From: an uncultured Candidatus Peribacteria bacterium
Lineage (GTDB): Bacteria; Patescibacteriota; Gracilibacteria; UBA1369; UBA12470
Length of the DNA: 62,010 nucleotides
Assembly (NCBI GenBank): GCA_964603905.1
Contig: CAZRWH010000001.1
Span: forward strand, 3,146 to 65,155
Direction: 5' to 3'
How positions within the stretch are numbered: the first letter of the stretch is position 1; the number at the start of each line of letters is the position of its first letter. The notes under the pieces are model-generated. The model had not been told where the DNA came from. It searched no databases and saw only the letters and a list, made by a program, of their open reading frames with translations. A program made the position numbers and the translations under genes. This document shows, piece after piece, positions 53,104 through 61,653 of the stretch.

Positions 53104-53676
53104 TTATTTAGTTTCTGGCGCTTTTACTTCGTCTTTGAAAGGGAAGCCTAGGCCTTTTAGTAGTAGATATCCTGAGTAGTTATCTTTTGCGTTTGTTTTG
53201 ACTGTGATTTGCAGTCCGTGTGGTCTGTCTAGGTTCTCAGGTTTGATTTCTGGAAAGATGCTACAATCTTTGATTCCTAGTGAGAAGTTCCCATTCCCGT
53301 CGAATCCTTTGACTGTGATACCTCGGAAGTCTCTTGTTCTTGGTAGTACTACGTTTACTAGTTTGTTAACGAAGTCGTACATCTTCTTTTCTCTTAGAGT
53401 TACAGTGATTCCTACTGGCATTCCTGCTCTTAGTTTGAAGTTAGATATCGCTTTTTTAGCATTTTTTACTACAGGTTTTTGACCTGTGATAGCTGCGATG
53501 TTCTCAATAATTGGAGAGAAGTCTTTACCTCCTGACTTGATATAAGTTCCAATACCAACGTTTAGCTGTACTTTCTCTAGCTTTGGTGTGGCCATTGGAG
53601 TTACTCCAAGTTCTTTCATTAGTGATGCACTAATCTTTTTTTCGTAATCTTCTTGTAGAGTTGATTTAGTGGACAT
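53104..53676 (-). CDS. rplE: 50S ribosomal protein L5
   Basis: 190 aa. ...PKLEKVQLNVGIG... motif. Confidence 0.95.
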   Translation of the reverse strand: MSTKSTLQEDYEKKISASLMKELGVTPMATPKLEKVQLNVGIGTYIKSGGKDFSPIIENIAAITGQKPVVKNAKKAISNFKLRAGMPVGITVTLREKKMYDFVNKLVNVVLPRTRDFRGITVKGFDGNGNFSLGIKDCSIFPEIKPENLDRPHGLQITVKTNAKDNYSGYLLLKGLGFPFKDEVKAPETK

Positions 53677-53710
53677 ATTAGAATTTTAGAATTTTAGTTG
53701 TTTAGATTGC
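53677..53710 (-). repeat. family-C G-free tandem leader upstream of rplE
   Basis: ATTAGAATTTTAGAATTTTAGTTGTTTAGATTGC. Confidence 0.65.
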
Positions 53711-54052
53711 TTATTTCTTCTTCTTAGATTTTGCTTCTACTGGTTGGTCTAGAGTAGTGTTGCATTTCTTACACATTCTTCGTTTTTTCTTGTCGTCTCC
53801 GATTTCGTATCCAACTCTTGTTGCCTTTTTACAGTGTGGGCATACTACTTTTGCGTTGGATGCATCGATTGGTGCTTCGAAGTGGATAATATCTCCAGCT
53901 CGAGTTGTTGTTTTCTTGATGTGTTTTTTCTTAACATTTACTTTCTCGACTACAACAGCGTTTCTTTTTTTCATAACACGCATTACTTTTCCGGTTTTAC
54001 CAGAATCTTTGCCTTGTATGATTACTACGTTGTCACCTGTTTTAATTTTCAT
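53711..54052 (-). CDS. rplX: 50S ribosomal protein L24 (with CxxC...CxxC pair)
   Basis: 113 aa. KIKTGDNVVIIQGKDSGKTGKV KOW motif. CPHCKK...CKKC. Confidence 0.93.
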   Translation of the reverse strand: MKIKTGDNVVIIQGKDSGKTGKVMRVMKKRNAVVVEKVNVKKKHIKKTTTRAGDIIHFEAPIDASNAKVVCPHCKKATRVGYEIGDDKKKRRMCKKCNTTLDQPVEAKSKKKK

Positions 54053-54073
54053 TATATGAGATAGTTAGTTGGT

Positions 54074-54442
54074 TTATAGTACGTCTGGTGCTAGAGAGAT
54101 GATCTTTTGGAATCCTTTTTCTCTTAGCTCTCTTGCAACTGGCCCGAATACACGTGTTCCTTTTGGCTGGTTCTCTTTGTTGATGATTACTACTGCGTTG
54201 TTGTCGAATCGGATTGATGATCCGTCTTTTCTTCCTTGTGCTTTTCTTGTTCTTACAATAACCGCTCTCTCGATAGCTTTTTTCTTAACAACACCTTTAG
54301 GAGTTGCTTTTTTTACTGCTACTACGATTACGTCTCCTATACCTGCGTATCTTCTTTTAGATCCTCCTAGGACCTTGATACACATGACCTCTTTGGCCCC
54401 GGTGTTGTCGGCTACTTGTAGTAATGTTTGTGCTTGAATCAT
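54074..54442 (-). CDS. rplN: 50S ribosomal protein L14
   Basis: 122 aa. [19 protein letters not shown] motif. Confidence 0.96.
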   Translation of the reverse strand: MIQAQTLLQVADNTGAKEVMCIKVLGGSKRRYAGIGDVIVVAVKKATPKGVVKKKAIERAVIVRTRKAQGRKDGSSIRFDNNAVVIINKENQPKGTRVFGPVARELREKGFQKIISLAPDVL

Positions 54443-54487
54443 TTTATTAAAGTGTAGATTTTAAAGTGTAGATTGTAGGAAATTGTT
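54443..54487 (-). repeat. tandem-duplicated leader (AAAGTGTAGATT x2) upstream of rplN
   Basis: TTTTATTAAAGTGTAGATTTTAAAGTGTAGATTGTAGGAAATTG, with no C on the plus strand. Confidence 0.6.
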
Positions 54488-54733
54488 TTATTCAGTCTCT
54501 GTTACTCCTTCTGGCTTAACGACTGTCCATCTTTTTAGCTTTGAAAGAGGTTTTGTCTCGTAGATAGTTACAGTGTCTCCTTCTTGGATTGTGTTGCCTG
54601 GGTCGTGTGCGTAGAATTTTTTCGTAGTTCTATATTTTTTCTTGTACTTAGGGTGTGATTTGTATGTATGTACAGTCACGACGACCGTGTCTTTCATTTT
54701 GTTACTTGTGACTGTTCCTGTTTTAGTTCTCAT
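54488..54733 (-). CDS. rpsQ: 30S ribosomal protein S17
   Basis: 81 aa. ...KMKDTVVVTV....HPKYKK motif. Confidence 0.94.
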   Translation of the reverse strand: MRTKTGTVTSNKMKDTVVVTVHTYKSHPKYKKKYRTTKKFYAHDPGNTIQEGDTVTIYETKPLSKLKRWTVVKPEGVTETE

Positions 54734-54770
54734 AGAATTAGTGAGTAGTGAGTAATGAGTAATGAGTAGT
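54734..54770 (-). repeat. family-B G-free leader upstream of rpsQ
   Basis: AGAATTAGTGAGTAGTGAGTAATGAGTAATGAGTAGT fills the spacer, with no C on the plus strand. Confidence 0.7.
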
Positions 54771-54980
54771 TTATGATTCTTGTGGTTCTGCGCTTGCTAG
54801 CTCTCTTTTGATCGTTAGGATTTGTGCGCAGTATCTTTTTAGTTCCTTTGCCATGTGCGATTTCCGGTCTTTACCTGTTTTTAGCACGATTTCTGCTTTT
54901 GTAAGGTTGATTCGTGCTTTTTTAAGCTCTTTGTCTAGGTCTTCAGCTTTGAGTTTTCGTAGTTCTTTTATTGAAAGCAT
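54771..54980 (-). CDS. rpmC: 50S ribosomal protein L29
   Basis: 69 aa helical protein at the L16-L29-S17 position. Confidence 0.9.
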   Translation of the reverse strand: MLSIKELRKLKAEDLDKELKKARINLTKAEIVLKTGKDRKSHMAKELKRYCAQILTIKRELASAEPQES

Positions 54981-55001
54981 GTTGTTCTACTTGTTAGTGT
55001 G

Positions 55002-55424
55002 TTAGTTAAGTTCTGTTGCTGTCAGGAATTTAGTTTTGACAGGCAGTTTGTGTGATGCCAGCCTCATAGCTTCTCTTGCAATATCTTCTTCAACTCCTTC
55101 CATCTCGAATAGTACAGTTCCTGGTTTTACTAGTGCTACGTACTTCTCAACGTTACCTTTACCACTTCCCATAGGTACCTCAGCAGCTTTTTGAGTGACA
55201 GGTTTGTGAGGGAAAACTCTGATCCAGATTTTTCCACCCCTCTTGATGTATCTTGTCATTGCTCGTCTGGCAGCCTCGATTTGTCTTGAAGTGATTTCTC
55301 CAGTTGTTTGTGCTTTGATTGCGTAAGATCCAAATGCGATTCTGTGGCCTTTTTGAGCTACGCCTTTGAAAGCTCCTCTTAGCCGATGACTTTTTCTATA
55401 TTTTTGCTTCTTTGGTAGTAACAT
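55002..55424 (-). CDS. rplP: 50S ribosomal protein L16
   Basis: 140 aa. [14 protein letters not shown] motif. Confidence 0.96.
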   Translation of the reverse strand: MLLPKKQKYRKSHRLRGAFKGVAQKGHRIAFGSYAIKAQTTGEITSRQIEAARRAMTRYIKRGGKIWIRVFPHKPVTQKAAEVPMGSGKGNVEKYVALVKPGTVLFEMEGVEEDIAREAMRLASHKLPVKTKFLTATELN

Positions 55425-55452
55425 TGTTTTTAACTTGTTATGTAGTTAGTGA

Positions 55453-56199
55453 CTAAGCCGCTTTTTTTGCAGCAGGTTTTCTTTTTGGTGCTGTTTTCTT
55501 AGCCTCTTTAGGCTCTTCTTTTTTCTCAGCTAGTGGTTTTGAGAATGGATTAACTGTTGTGCTTAGGTTCTTTTTGAACACATCACCTTTATAAATCCAA
55601 ACTTTGATTCCAATTACTCCGTAAGTTGTGTTTGCTCTTGATGTTGCGTAGTCGATATCTGCACGGAATGTATGTAGAGGGATTTTCCCTTGTGTGAAGA
55701 ACTCACTTCTTGAGATCTCTACTCCGTTTAGACGTCCTCCAGCTTGTACTTTGATACCTTTTGCACCTGACTCCATAGCTTTTTGTACTGCCATTTTTGC
55801 CGCTCTTCTGTAAGAAATTCTTCTTTCGATTTGTTTCGCTACAGAATCTGCAACAAGTTGTGCGTCTAGGTCAGGTTTTTGAATCTCTGTTACATTGATG
55901 TGGAACCTGTTTCCAAATTTCTTTTCTAGCTCTGTCCTGAATCCGTCGATTGACTCTCCTTGTCGTCCGATAATAACACCCGGTTTAGAACTGTGGATGT
56001 TGATAGTTGTCTCGTTCGCGCTTCTTAGGATTTGGATTGTTGATACTCCGCAATCTTTTAGCTTGTCTTGTACGTATTTTTTAAGCTTAAGATCTTGGTG
56101 GAAAGTAGCAGTGTACTGTTTTTTTCCTGTGTACCAACTAGAATCCCATTGCTTGATGATTCCTATTCTCTGGATTTTTGGATTAACTTTTTGTCCCAT
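55453..56199 (-). CDS. rpsC: 30S ribosomal protein S3 (K/A-rich tail)
   Basis: 248 aa. MGQKVNP.I.R.G KH-domain core. Tail ...EKKEEPKEAKKTAPKRKPAAKKAA. Confidence 0.95.
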   Translation of the reverse strand: MGQKVNPKIQRIGIIKQWDSSWYTGKKQYTATFHQDLKLKKYVQDKLKDCGVSTIQILRSANETTINIHSSKPGVIIGRQGESIDGFRTELEKKFGNRFHINVTEIQKPDLDAQLVADSVAKQIERRISYRRAAKMAVQKAMESGAKGIKVQAGGRLNGVEISRSEFFTQGKIPLHTFRADIDYATSRANTTYGVIGIKVWIYKGDVFKKNLSTTVNPFSKPLAEKKEEPKEAKKTAPKRKPAAKKAA

Positions 56200-56249
56200 A
56201 TTAGGTAGTTGTAGTTATAGTTATAGTAGTAGTTGTAGTATTGTAACTA
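56200..56249 (-). repeat. family-A-like G-free leader filling the rplV-rpsC spacer
   Basis: ATTAGGTAGTTGTAGTTATAGTTATAGTAGTAGTTGTAGTATTGTAAC. Confidence 0.6.
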
Positions 56250-56669
56250 TTATTTTTTAGTAGTTGCCTTCTTAGTTGGGCTTTTCTCTTCCTTTGCTTC
56301 TTCTTTTTTCTCAGCCTTTGGCGCTTGTTTCTTCTCTTCTTGCTCTTTTACGTCGACTTTTACTGTGATGTGAGAGTTTCTTTTTCTGATTGGGTGCATT
56401 CTTCCTCTTGAACAAGATGTACTTCTTTTGTAAGTGATTCCCTCGGTGACAATGATTTCTTTGATGTAAAGATTGTCTAGAGCTTGTTTGAAGTTTGTCT
56501 CTGCGTTTGATGCTGCTGATTTGACCACTTTGTAAAGTATTTGTGCTCCTTTCTTAGGAGTGAACTTTAGTATGTCTAGAGCATCTTGAACGTCTTTTCC
56601 ACGCACCAATCCAGCTACTAAGTTAGCTTTTTTTGGTGATATCCGTGTTTGTCGTAGTACTGCTTTCAT
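56250..56669 (-). CDS. rplV: 50S ribosomal protein L22 (K/E-rich tail)
   Basis: 139 aa. RISPKKANLVAGLVRGK motif. Confidence 0.94.
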   Translation of the reverse strand: MKAVLRQTRISPKKANLVAGLVRGKDVQDALDILKFTPKKGAQILYKVVKSAASNAETNFKQALDNLYIKEIIVTEGITYKRSTSCSRGRMHPIRKRNSHITVKVDVKEQEEKKQAPKAEKKEEAKEEKSPTKKATTKK

Positions 56670-56699
56670 TATTTAGTTAATAGTGAGTAATGAGTAAGT
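56670..56699 (-). repeat. family-B G-free leader upstream of rplV
   Basis: TATTTAGTTAATAGTGAGTAATGAGTAAGT. Confidence 0.6.
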
Positions 56700-56963
56700 T
56701 TATTTCTTGCCGGCGTGGCTTTTGAATTTTCTAGTGAAAGAGAATTCTCCTAGCTTATGTCCGACCATGTTCTCTGATACAAAGACAGGTACGTGCTCTT
56801 TTCCGTTGTGGACAGCAAATGTGTGTCCTACGAAGTCAGGAGCGATTACTGACGACCTTGCCCATGTTTTGATGACCTGTTTACTTCCTGATGCGTTCAT
56901 CTTCTCAACCTTTTTCATCAGTTTTGGATCTATAAATGGTCCTTTTTTTGAACTTCTTGACAT
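56700..56963 (-). CDS. rpsS: 30S ribosomal protein S19
   Basis: 87 aa. [12 protein letters not shown] motif. Confidence 0.95.
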   Translation of the reverse strand: MSRSSKKGPFIDPKLMKKVEKMNASGSKQVIKTWARSSVIAPDFVGHTFAVHNGKEHVPVFVSENMVGHKLGEFSFTRKFKSHAGKK

Positions 56964-56986
56964 ATTTCTTTAGCTTATTAGTTGAT

Positions 56987-57838
56987 TTATTTAGAGATTA
57001 CGTCACGACCTTTTCTATCTTTTACCCTCCATCTGTTGGTCGTTTTTCTTTTTCTTGTTTTGAATCCTAGAGCAGGTAGTCCCCATGGAGTTTTTGGGTG
57101 CTTCATACCAATTGAAGCTCCACCTTCTCCACCACCATGTGGGTGATCACAAGGGTTCATAGCTTTACCTCTTACTTGAGGTCTTTTACCCATCCATCTT
57201 TTTCTTCCAGCTTTACCAATTTTTAGGTTGCTGTGCTCTGAATTACTTACTTGTCCTATTGTTGCGTAGCATGCTTTTGGAACGTATCGAACCTCTTTTG
57301 AAGGTAGTTCTACTTGTGCGTATTTACCTTCTAGAGAGACAACTTTTCCGCTTGATCCAGCAGTTCTACACATTTGTCCTCCTTTTTTCTCAAACATTTC
57401 TACGTTGTAAATTGAGAATCCAGGTGGGATGTTTTTAAGTTGTAGTCTGTTTCCAACTTTTGCTTTTGTTCGCTCTGCACAGATTATCGTGTCTCCTTCT
57501 TGGATTTTACCTGGAGCGATGTGGTATCTCTTGTCACCATCTTTGTATGTTACCAACATGATGTAACATGTTCTGTTTGGATCATACTCGATTGAAGTAA
57601 CTTTACCTTCGATGTTCAGCTTAGCTGTTCGGTCGAAATCGATAACTCTGTATTTTCTCTTGTGGCCTCCACCTCTGTGTCTGACCGTAAGTTTACCTTG
57701 TGAATTTCTTCCAGCGTTTTCCTTTTTCGCTCGTAGAAGTCTCTTCTCAGGTTTTTTACCTTTTGTTAGTTCTTCAAAGGTATATTTACTGTAGTTTCTT
57801 CTAGCGTTTGATACTGGTTTTACTTTTTTAACTGCCAT
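56987..57838 (-). CDS. rplB: 50S ribosomal protein L2
   Basis: 283 aa. ...NPCDHPHGGGEG... motif. Confidence 0.97.
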   Translation of the reverse strand: MAVKKVKPVSNARRNYSKYTFEELTKGKKPEKRLLRAKKENAGRNSQGKLTVRHRGGGHKRKYRVIDFDRTAKLNIEGKVTSIEYDPNRTCYIMLVTYKDGDKRYHIAPGKIQEGDTIICAERTKAKVGNRLQLKNIPPGFSIYNVEMFEKKGGQMCRTAGSSGKVVSLEGKYAQVELPSKEVRYVPKACYATIGQVSNSEHSNLKIGKAGRKRWMGKRPQVRGKAMNPCDHPHGGGEGGASIGMKHPKTPWGLPALGFKTRKRKTTNRWRVKDRKGRDVISK

Positions 57839-57875
57839 TTATGTAGAGTTTTAGAATTTTAGAATTTTAGAATCT
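57839..57875 (-). repeat. family-C G-free tandem leader upstream of rplB
   Basis: TTATGTAGAGTTTTAGAATTTTAGAATTTTAGAATCT. Confidence 0.65.
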
Positions 57876-58175
57876 CTATTTAACCTCTTTGATCTTGTTG
57901 AAGTCGAATTTTTGTCCTGGTTTAAGAGTGATTACGACTTTTTTGCTAACTGGTCGTTTAACGATTGGTCGTCGTCCTTTTCCTAGACGTGTTTTGCTAG
58001 GAGTCTTGATTGTATTCACAGACACGACTTCTACTCCGTAAAGAGTTCGGAAAGCGTTCTTGATGTCGATCTTTGTTGCTTTTGAGTGAACAACAAATGT
58101 GTGTTTATTTAGTTGCTCTGTTAGCGAACTTTTCTCTGTGATTACCGGTCTTTTGATTACTTTTGAAAAATCCAT
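57876..58175 (-). CDS. rplW: 50S ribosomal protein L23
   Basis: 99 aa. ...VIKRPVITEKS... motif. Confidence 0.94.
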   Translation of the reverse strand: MDFSKVIKRPVITEKSSLTEQLNKHTFVVHSKATKIDIKNAFRTLYGVEVVSVNTIKTPSKTRLGKGRRPIVKRPVSKKVVITLKPGQKFDFNKIKEVK

Positions 58176-58196
58176 AATTTAGTAAGTAGTGAGAAG
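58176..58196 (-). repeat. short family-B leader upstream of rplW
   Basis: AATTTAGTAAGTAGTGAGAAG. Confidence 0.5.
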
Positions 58197-58856
58197 TTAG
58201 TTTTCTTCTGCTGGTGTAGCAGTAGCTTTTTTCAGAAATGTGTCTTCAAGTGCGCTGAAAGCGTCTCCTACAAACAAAACACTTCGATATCGAAGTACTT
58301 TTTCTGTGTTTAGGTTCCTTGCTGAAACAGTTTCTGTGTATTGAATATTTTTTGCAGCTCTTGAAACATCTCCGTTGTCTTCTTTTGTGACGATCAAGAA
58401 AGTTTTATCTAGAGGAAGTTTCCCTAGCATTTCTTGCATTGATTTTGTCTTTGCCCCTTTGTCGTAACTGTCTACTGCTAGAATCTTCCCGTCTTTTGCC
58501 TTAAGTGAAAGCGCTGAGAACAAAGCTGCTCTGCGTTGTTTCTTAGGCATGTTCTTAGAGAAGTTACGAGTGTTCCTAGGTCCGAAAACTACACAACCAC
58601 CTTTGTGGTGTACGTTTGTTCTAGAACCTTGTCTTGCTCGTCCTGTTCCTTTTTGTCGGAAAGGTTTAGCTGTTGTAGACTTGATTTCCCCTCGAATTTT
58701 AGTGTGAGCTATAGGATGTCTTCGGTTGGCTTGAATCATTACTACTGCTTGATGCATTAGGTCTTCATTGATCTTTGCCTCAAAGATATCTTTATTCAGA
58801 GTAATATCTCCTTTTTCTGCTCCATTCTGACTGTATAGTTTTACTTTTGTTGCCAT
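58197..58856 (-). CDS. rplD: 50S ribosomal protein L4
   Basis: 219 aa. ...KPFRQKGTGRARQGS... motif. Confidence 0.95.
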   Translation of the reverse strand: MATKVKLYSQNGAEKGDITLNKDIFEAKINEDLMHQAVVMIQANRRHPIAHTKIRGEIKSTTAKPFRQKGTGRARQGSRTNVHHKGGCVVFGPRNTRNFSKNMPKKQRRAALFSALSLKAKDGKILAVDSYDKGAKTKSMQEMLGKLPLDKTFLIVTKEDNGDVSRAAKNIQYTETVSARNLNTEKVLRYRSVLFVGDAFSALEDTFLKKATATPAEEN

Positions 58857-58858
58857 GA

Positions 58859-59443
58859 TTATGAGTTTTTCCTTATGATTACTAGATTGTTTTTCCCGCC
58901 TGGGACAGGTCCTTTGATACCGATGAGGTTTTTCTCAGCGTTTACGTATGCGATCTTAGCGCTTCGTAGTGTAACTGCTGCGTTACCCATTCTTCCCGCC
59001 ATCTTCTTACCTTTGTGTACTCTTCCAGGTTTCGCACAGGCTCCGATAGATCCTGGTTCTCTTTTGTGGTGTGAACCGTGAGTCATTGGACCTCTGCTGA
59101 AGTTGTGTCTCTTGATTGTACCTTGAGTACCTTTACCTCTTGAAGTTCCAGTCACTTTTACAGTGTCATCTTCTTCAAAAAGATCTACCTTTACTGCATC
59201 CCCTGTATTGAGGGCGTCGTCCTCGCTTACGCGGAACTCCTTAAGGTAGTGATATTTTTTAGTCTTCGTAGGTCTTTTCATTTTTCCAAGACCTAGAACT
59301 ACCGCCGGATATCCATCTTTCTCAACCGTTTTGACTTGAACCACTTCGTTAGGTTCGCATTCAATGATTGTAAGAGGGATCACGCGACCATCGTCTTTAA
59401 TCAGACGTGTCATGCCGATTTTCTTGCCTAATATTCCAGGCAT
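58859..59443 (-). CDS. rplC: 50S ribosomal protein L3
   Basis: 194 aa. MPGILGKKIGMTR and ...GKGTQGTIKRHNF... motifs. Confidence 0.96.
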   Translation of the reverse strand: MPGILGKKIGMTRLIKDDGRVIPLTIIECEPNEVVQVKTVEKDGYPAVVLGLGKMKRPTKTKKYHYLKEFRVSEDDALNTGDAVKVDLFEEDDTVKVTGTSRGKGTQGTIKRHNFSRGPMTHGSHHKREPGSIGACAKPGRVHKGKKMAGRMGNAAVTLRSAKIAYVNAEKNLIGIKGPVPGGKNNLVIIRKNS

Positions 59444-59559
59444 AATAGTGATAGGTTAGTAGCTATTAATATTTATCCTTAGCTAGCAGGGGATAGGTCT
59501 TAATTCCTTCGAGAGGAGCCGCTCCCTGTTCTAACGTACAGATTTTAATGTGCGACGGC

Positions 59560-59588
59560 AGTCTATAGATTAGATTGCCCTTCGTCAA
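59560..59588 (-). promoter_or_regulatory. candidate internal promoter between rpsJ and rplC
   Basis: The minus strand reads TTGACG-N17-TAGACT about 115 nt upstream of the rplC ATG. Confidence 0.35.
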
Positions 59589-59610
59589 GCCAATTTTAAA
59601 GAAATTATAT

Positions 59611-59771
59611 AAATTAGCGAGCTGTTAACTTGGCCTGCTTTCTAGCAGAGCTAGAAACTCTGCCAAGTTAACCTGTTAGGCTTGTTCTTCGATAGCCCTT
59701 ATAACTCGCCGTACCATTAGTACGTCTCGTCATAAAGAGGCTATCTGTGAACTGCGTATCTCATCTAATTT
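59611..59771. ncRNA. structured intergenic element, copy 2 (unknown family; strand unresolved)
   Basis: Same architecture as 11206-11367. Closing stem AAATTAG/CTAATTT. Helices 59624-34/59662-72, 59639-46/59650-57 and 59691-97/59739-45. Shared CGTAC/GTACG hairpin. Confidence 0.6.
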
Positions 59772-59801
59772 TTACAATTTCTTGTTAAAATTGTTTGCAG
59801 T

Positions 59802-60125
59802 TTACTCTGAAGCGATCATCTTAATCTCGATGTCTACACCTGCAGGAAGTGCAAGGCTAGATAGTGATTCGATTGTTTTTGGTGTGCTTTCGCGGATGTC
59901 GATTAGTCTTTTGTGTGTTCTGATCTCGTATTGGTCTCGAGCGTCTTTGTTTACGAAAGTAGAGGTGTTAACTGTGAATTTCTCAATTCTTGTTGGAAGA
60001 GGGATTGGTCCAGCAATGATTGCACCTGTTCTTTCTGCTGTCTCGATGATTAGCTTTGCAGCTTCGTCAATGATCTTGTGATCGAATGACATGATTTTGA
60101 TTCTAATCTTTTGGTTTGTTGCCAT
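59802..60125 (-). CDS. rpsJ: 30S ribosomal protein S10
   Basis: 107 aa. ...[18 protein letters not shown]...GPIPLPT motif. Confidence 0.96.
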   Translation of the reverse strand: MATNQKIRIKIMSFDHKIIDEAAKLIIETAERTGAIIAGPIPLPTRIEKFTVNTSTFVNKDARDQYEIRTHKRLIDIRESTPKTIESLSSLALPAGVDIEIKMIASE

Positions 60126-60275
60126 TTCTTTAGTTGTTAATGATTAGTTGTAAATTTCTTAAGCCACCCGGAGGGAACCCCGGGTGCATTTCTTTAGCAC
60201 CTAATTAATATAAATGGGATTTCCCTTGTGGGGCCAAGGCGTTAAAAGCAACGGCTTGGACTTTCTTTCTGGCTT

Positions 60276-60306
60276 GAAAACCTGGGCAAACGGGCGCTTG
60301 CCCAGG
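60276..60306 (-). terminator. rho-independent terminator after tuf
   Basis: The minus strand reads CCTGGGCAA-GCGCCCGT-TTGCCCAGG followed by TTTTC. Confidence 0.6.
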
Positions 60307-60324
60307 CAATTTAAATCAAAAAGA

Positions 60325-61515
60325 TTATTCGTGGATTTTTGTTACAACTCCAGCACCAACTGTTCGTCCACCTTCACGAATCGCGAAACGTGTTCCTTCG
60401 TCAAGAGCGATAGGAGCACCTAGTACGACGTCCATTTTGATGTTGTCTCCAGGCATAACCATCTCAACTCCAGCTGGAAGTTCGATAGAACCTGTTACAT
60501 CAGTTGTACGGATGTAGAATTGAGGTTTGTATCCTTTGAAGAAAGGAGTGTGTCGTCCACCTTCTTCCTTGCTTAGTACGTATACCTCACATTCGAATTT
60601 AGTATGTGGAGTGATTGATCCAGGTTTAGCAAGAACTTGTCCTCTTTCAATCTCTTCACGCTCGATACCTCTAAGTAGGATACCAACGTTGTCTCCAGCT
60701 TGACCTTGGTCAAGAAGTTTTCGGAACATCTCAACACCAGTAACAACAACTTTTCGAGTTTCTTTGATACCGACGATTTCGATTTCTTCGTTAACTTTGA
60801 TGATACCTTGGTCAACACGACCTGTAGCAACAGTTCCACGTCCTTTAATTGAGAATACATCCTCAACAGGCATTAGGAATGGTTTGTCTAGTGGTCGCTC
60901 TGGCATTGGAATGTACTCATCTAGAGCTTTTAGAAGTTCTACGATTGGCTCTGCGTCTGCTCCGTTTGGATCTTCCATAGCTTTAAGAGCTGAACCTTTG
61001 ATCACTGGAATATCGTCTCCAGGGAATTCGTATTTTGTTAGAAGTTCGCGTACCTCCATCTCTGAAAGTTCTGCGATTTCTGGATCTGCAATATCCATCT
61101 TGTTTAGGAAAACAACGATGTAAGGTACGTTTACCTGACGTGCAAGAAGGATGTGCTCTCGTGTTTGAGGCATTGGTCCATCAGCTGCAGATACTACAAG
61201 AATAGCACCGTCCATTTGAGCTGCACCTGTAATCATGTTTTTGACGTAGTCAGCATGTCCAGGACAGTCAACGTGAGCGTAGTGTCTTGTTTCTGTCTCG
61301 TACTCTTGGTGAGAAGTGGCAATTGTGATACCTCTTTCTCTTTCTTCTGGTGCGTTGTCGATTTGATCGAAAGCAACGACTTTGTTGTTACCGCCCATCT
61401 TTGTTGCGGCTACAGTTGTGATTGCAGCTGTCAATGTTGTTTTACCATGGTCAACGTGTCCAATAGTACCAACATTTACGTGTGGTTTGCTGCGATCAAA
61501 AGTTCCTTCTGCCAT
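60325..61515 (-). CDS. tuf: elongation factor Tu
   Basis: [27 protein letters not shown]..., 396 aa. The track ORF adds 19 codons from the stop-free leader. Confidence 0.97.
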   Translation of the reverse strand: MAEGTFDRSKPHVNVGTIGHVDHGKTTLTAAITTVAATKMGGNNKVVAFDQIDNAPEERERGITIATSHQEYETETRHYAHVDCPGHADYVKNMITGAAQMDGAILVVSAADGPMPQTREHILLARQVNVPYIVVFLNKMDIADPEIAELSEMEVRELLTKYEFPGDDIPVIKGSALKAMEDPNGADAEPIVELLKALDEYIPMPERPLDKPFLMPVEDVFSIKGRGTVATGRVDQGIIKVNEEIEIVGIKETRKVVVTGVEMFRKLLDQGQAGDNVGILLRGIEREEIERGQVLAKPGSITPHTKFECEVYVLSKEEGGRHTPFFKGYKPQFYIRTTDVTGSIELPAGVEMVMPGDNIKMDVVLGAPIALDEGTRFAIREGGRTVGAGVVTKIHE

Positions 61516-61653
61516 ATTGTTTATTGGGTTAGGGTTAGAACTTGATATTTTAAAATTTGCATTTTTAAACACAAGCGCGGAAGATTCTAGATTATATCCG
61601 TTTTGAATGCAAGAGTATTTCTGTTGCGTATGTTTGTGTTTGTTATGATACGC

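Noticed and set aside
2557-58196. The short repeated leader motifs as a CRISPR array or similar.
   Set aside because: The copies are dispersed, one per gene start, with no regular repeat-spacer periodicity and no cas genes in the window.
59611-59771. The structured element as an integron attC site (GTTAGGC matches GTTRRRY) or as a MITE with 7-bp terminal inverted repeats.
   Set aside because: The GTTRRRY match exists only in copy 2 (copy 1 has TGCAGGC), and no integrase is present. The MITE model is disfavoured because the copies differ by compensatory stem changes rather than being near-identical, and there are no target-site duplications. It is not fully excluded.
61526-61538. Telomere-like GGGTTAGGGTTAG upstream of tuf.
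   Set aside because: There are only two units. It fits the general pattern of G-free tandem leaders (CTAACCCTAACCC on the mRNA strand), so no telomere function is implied.
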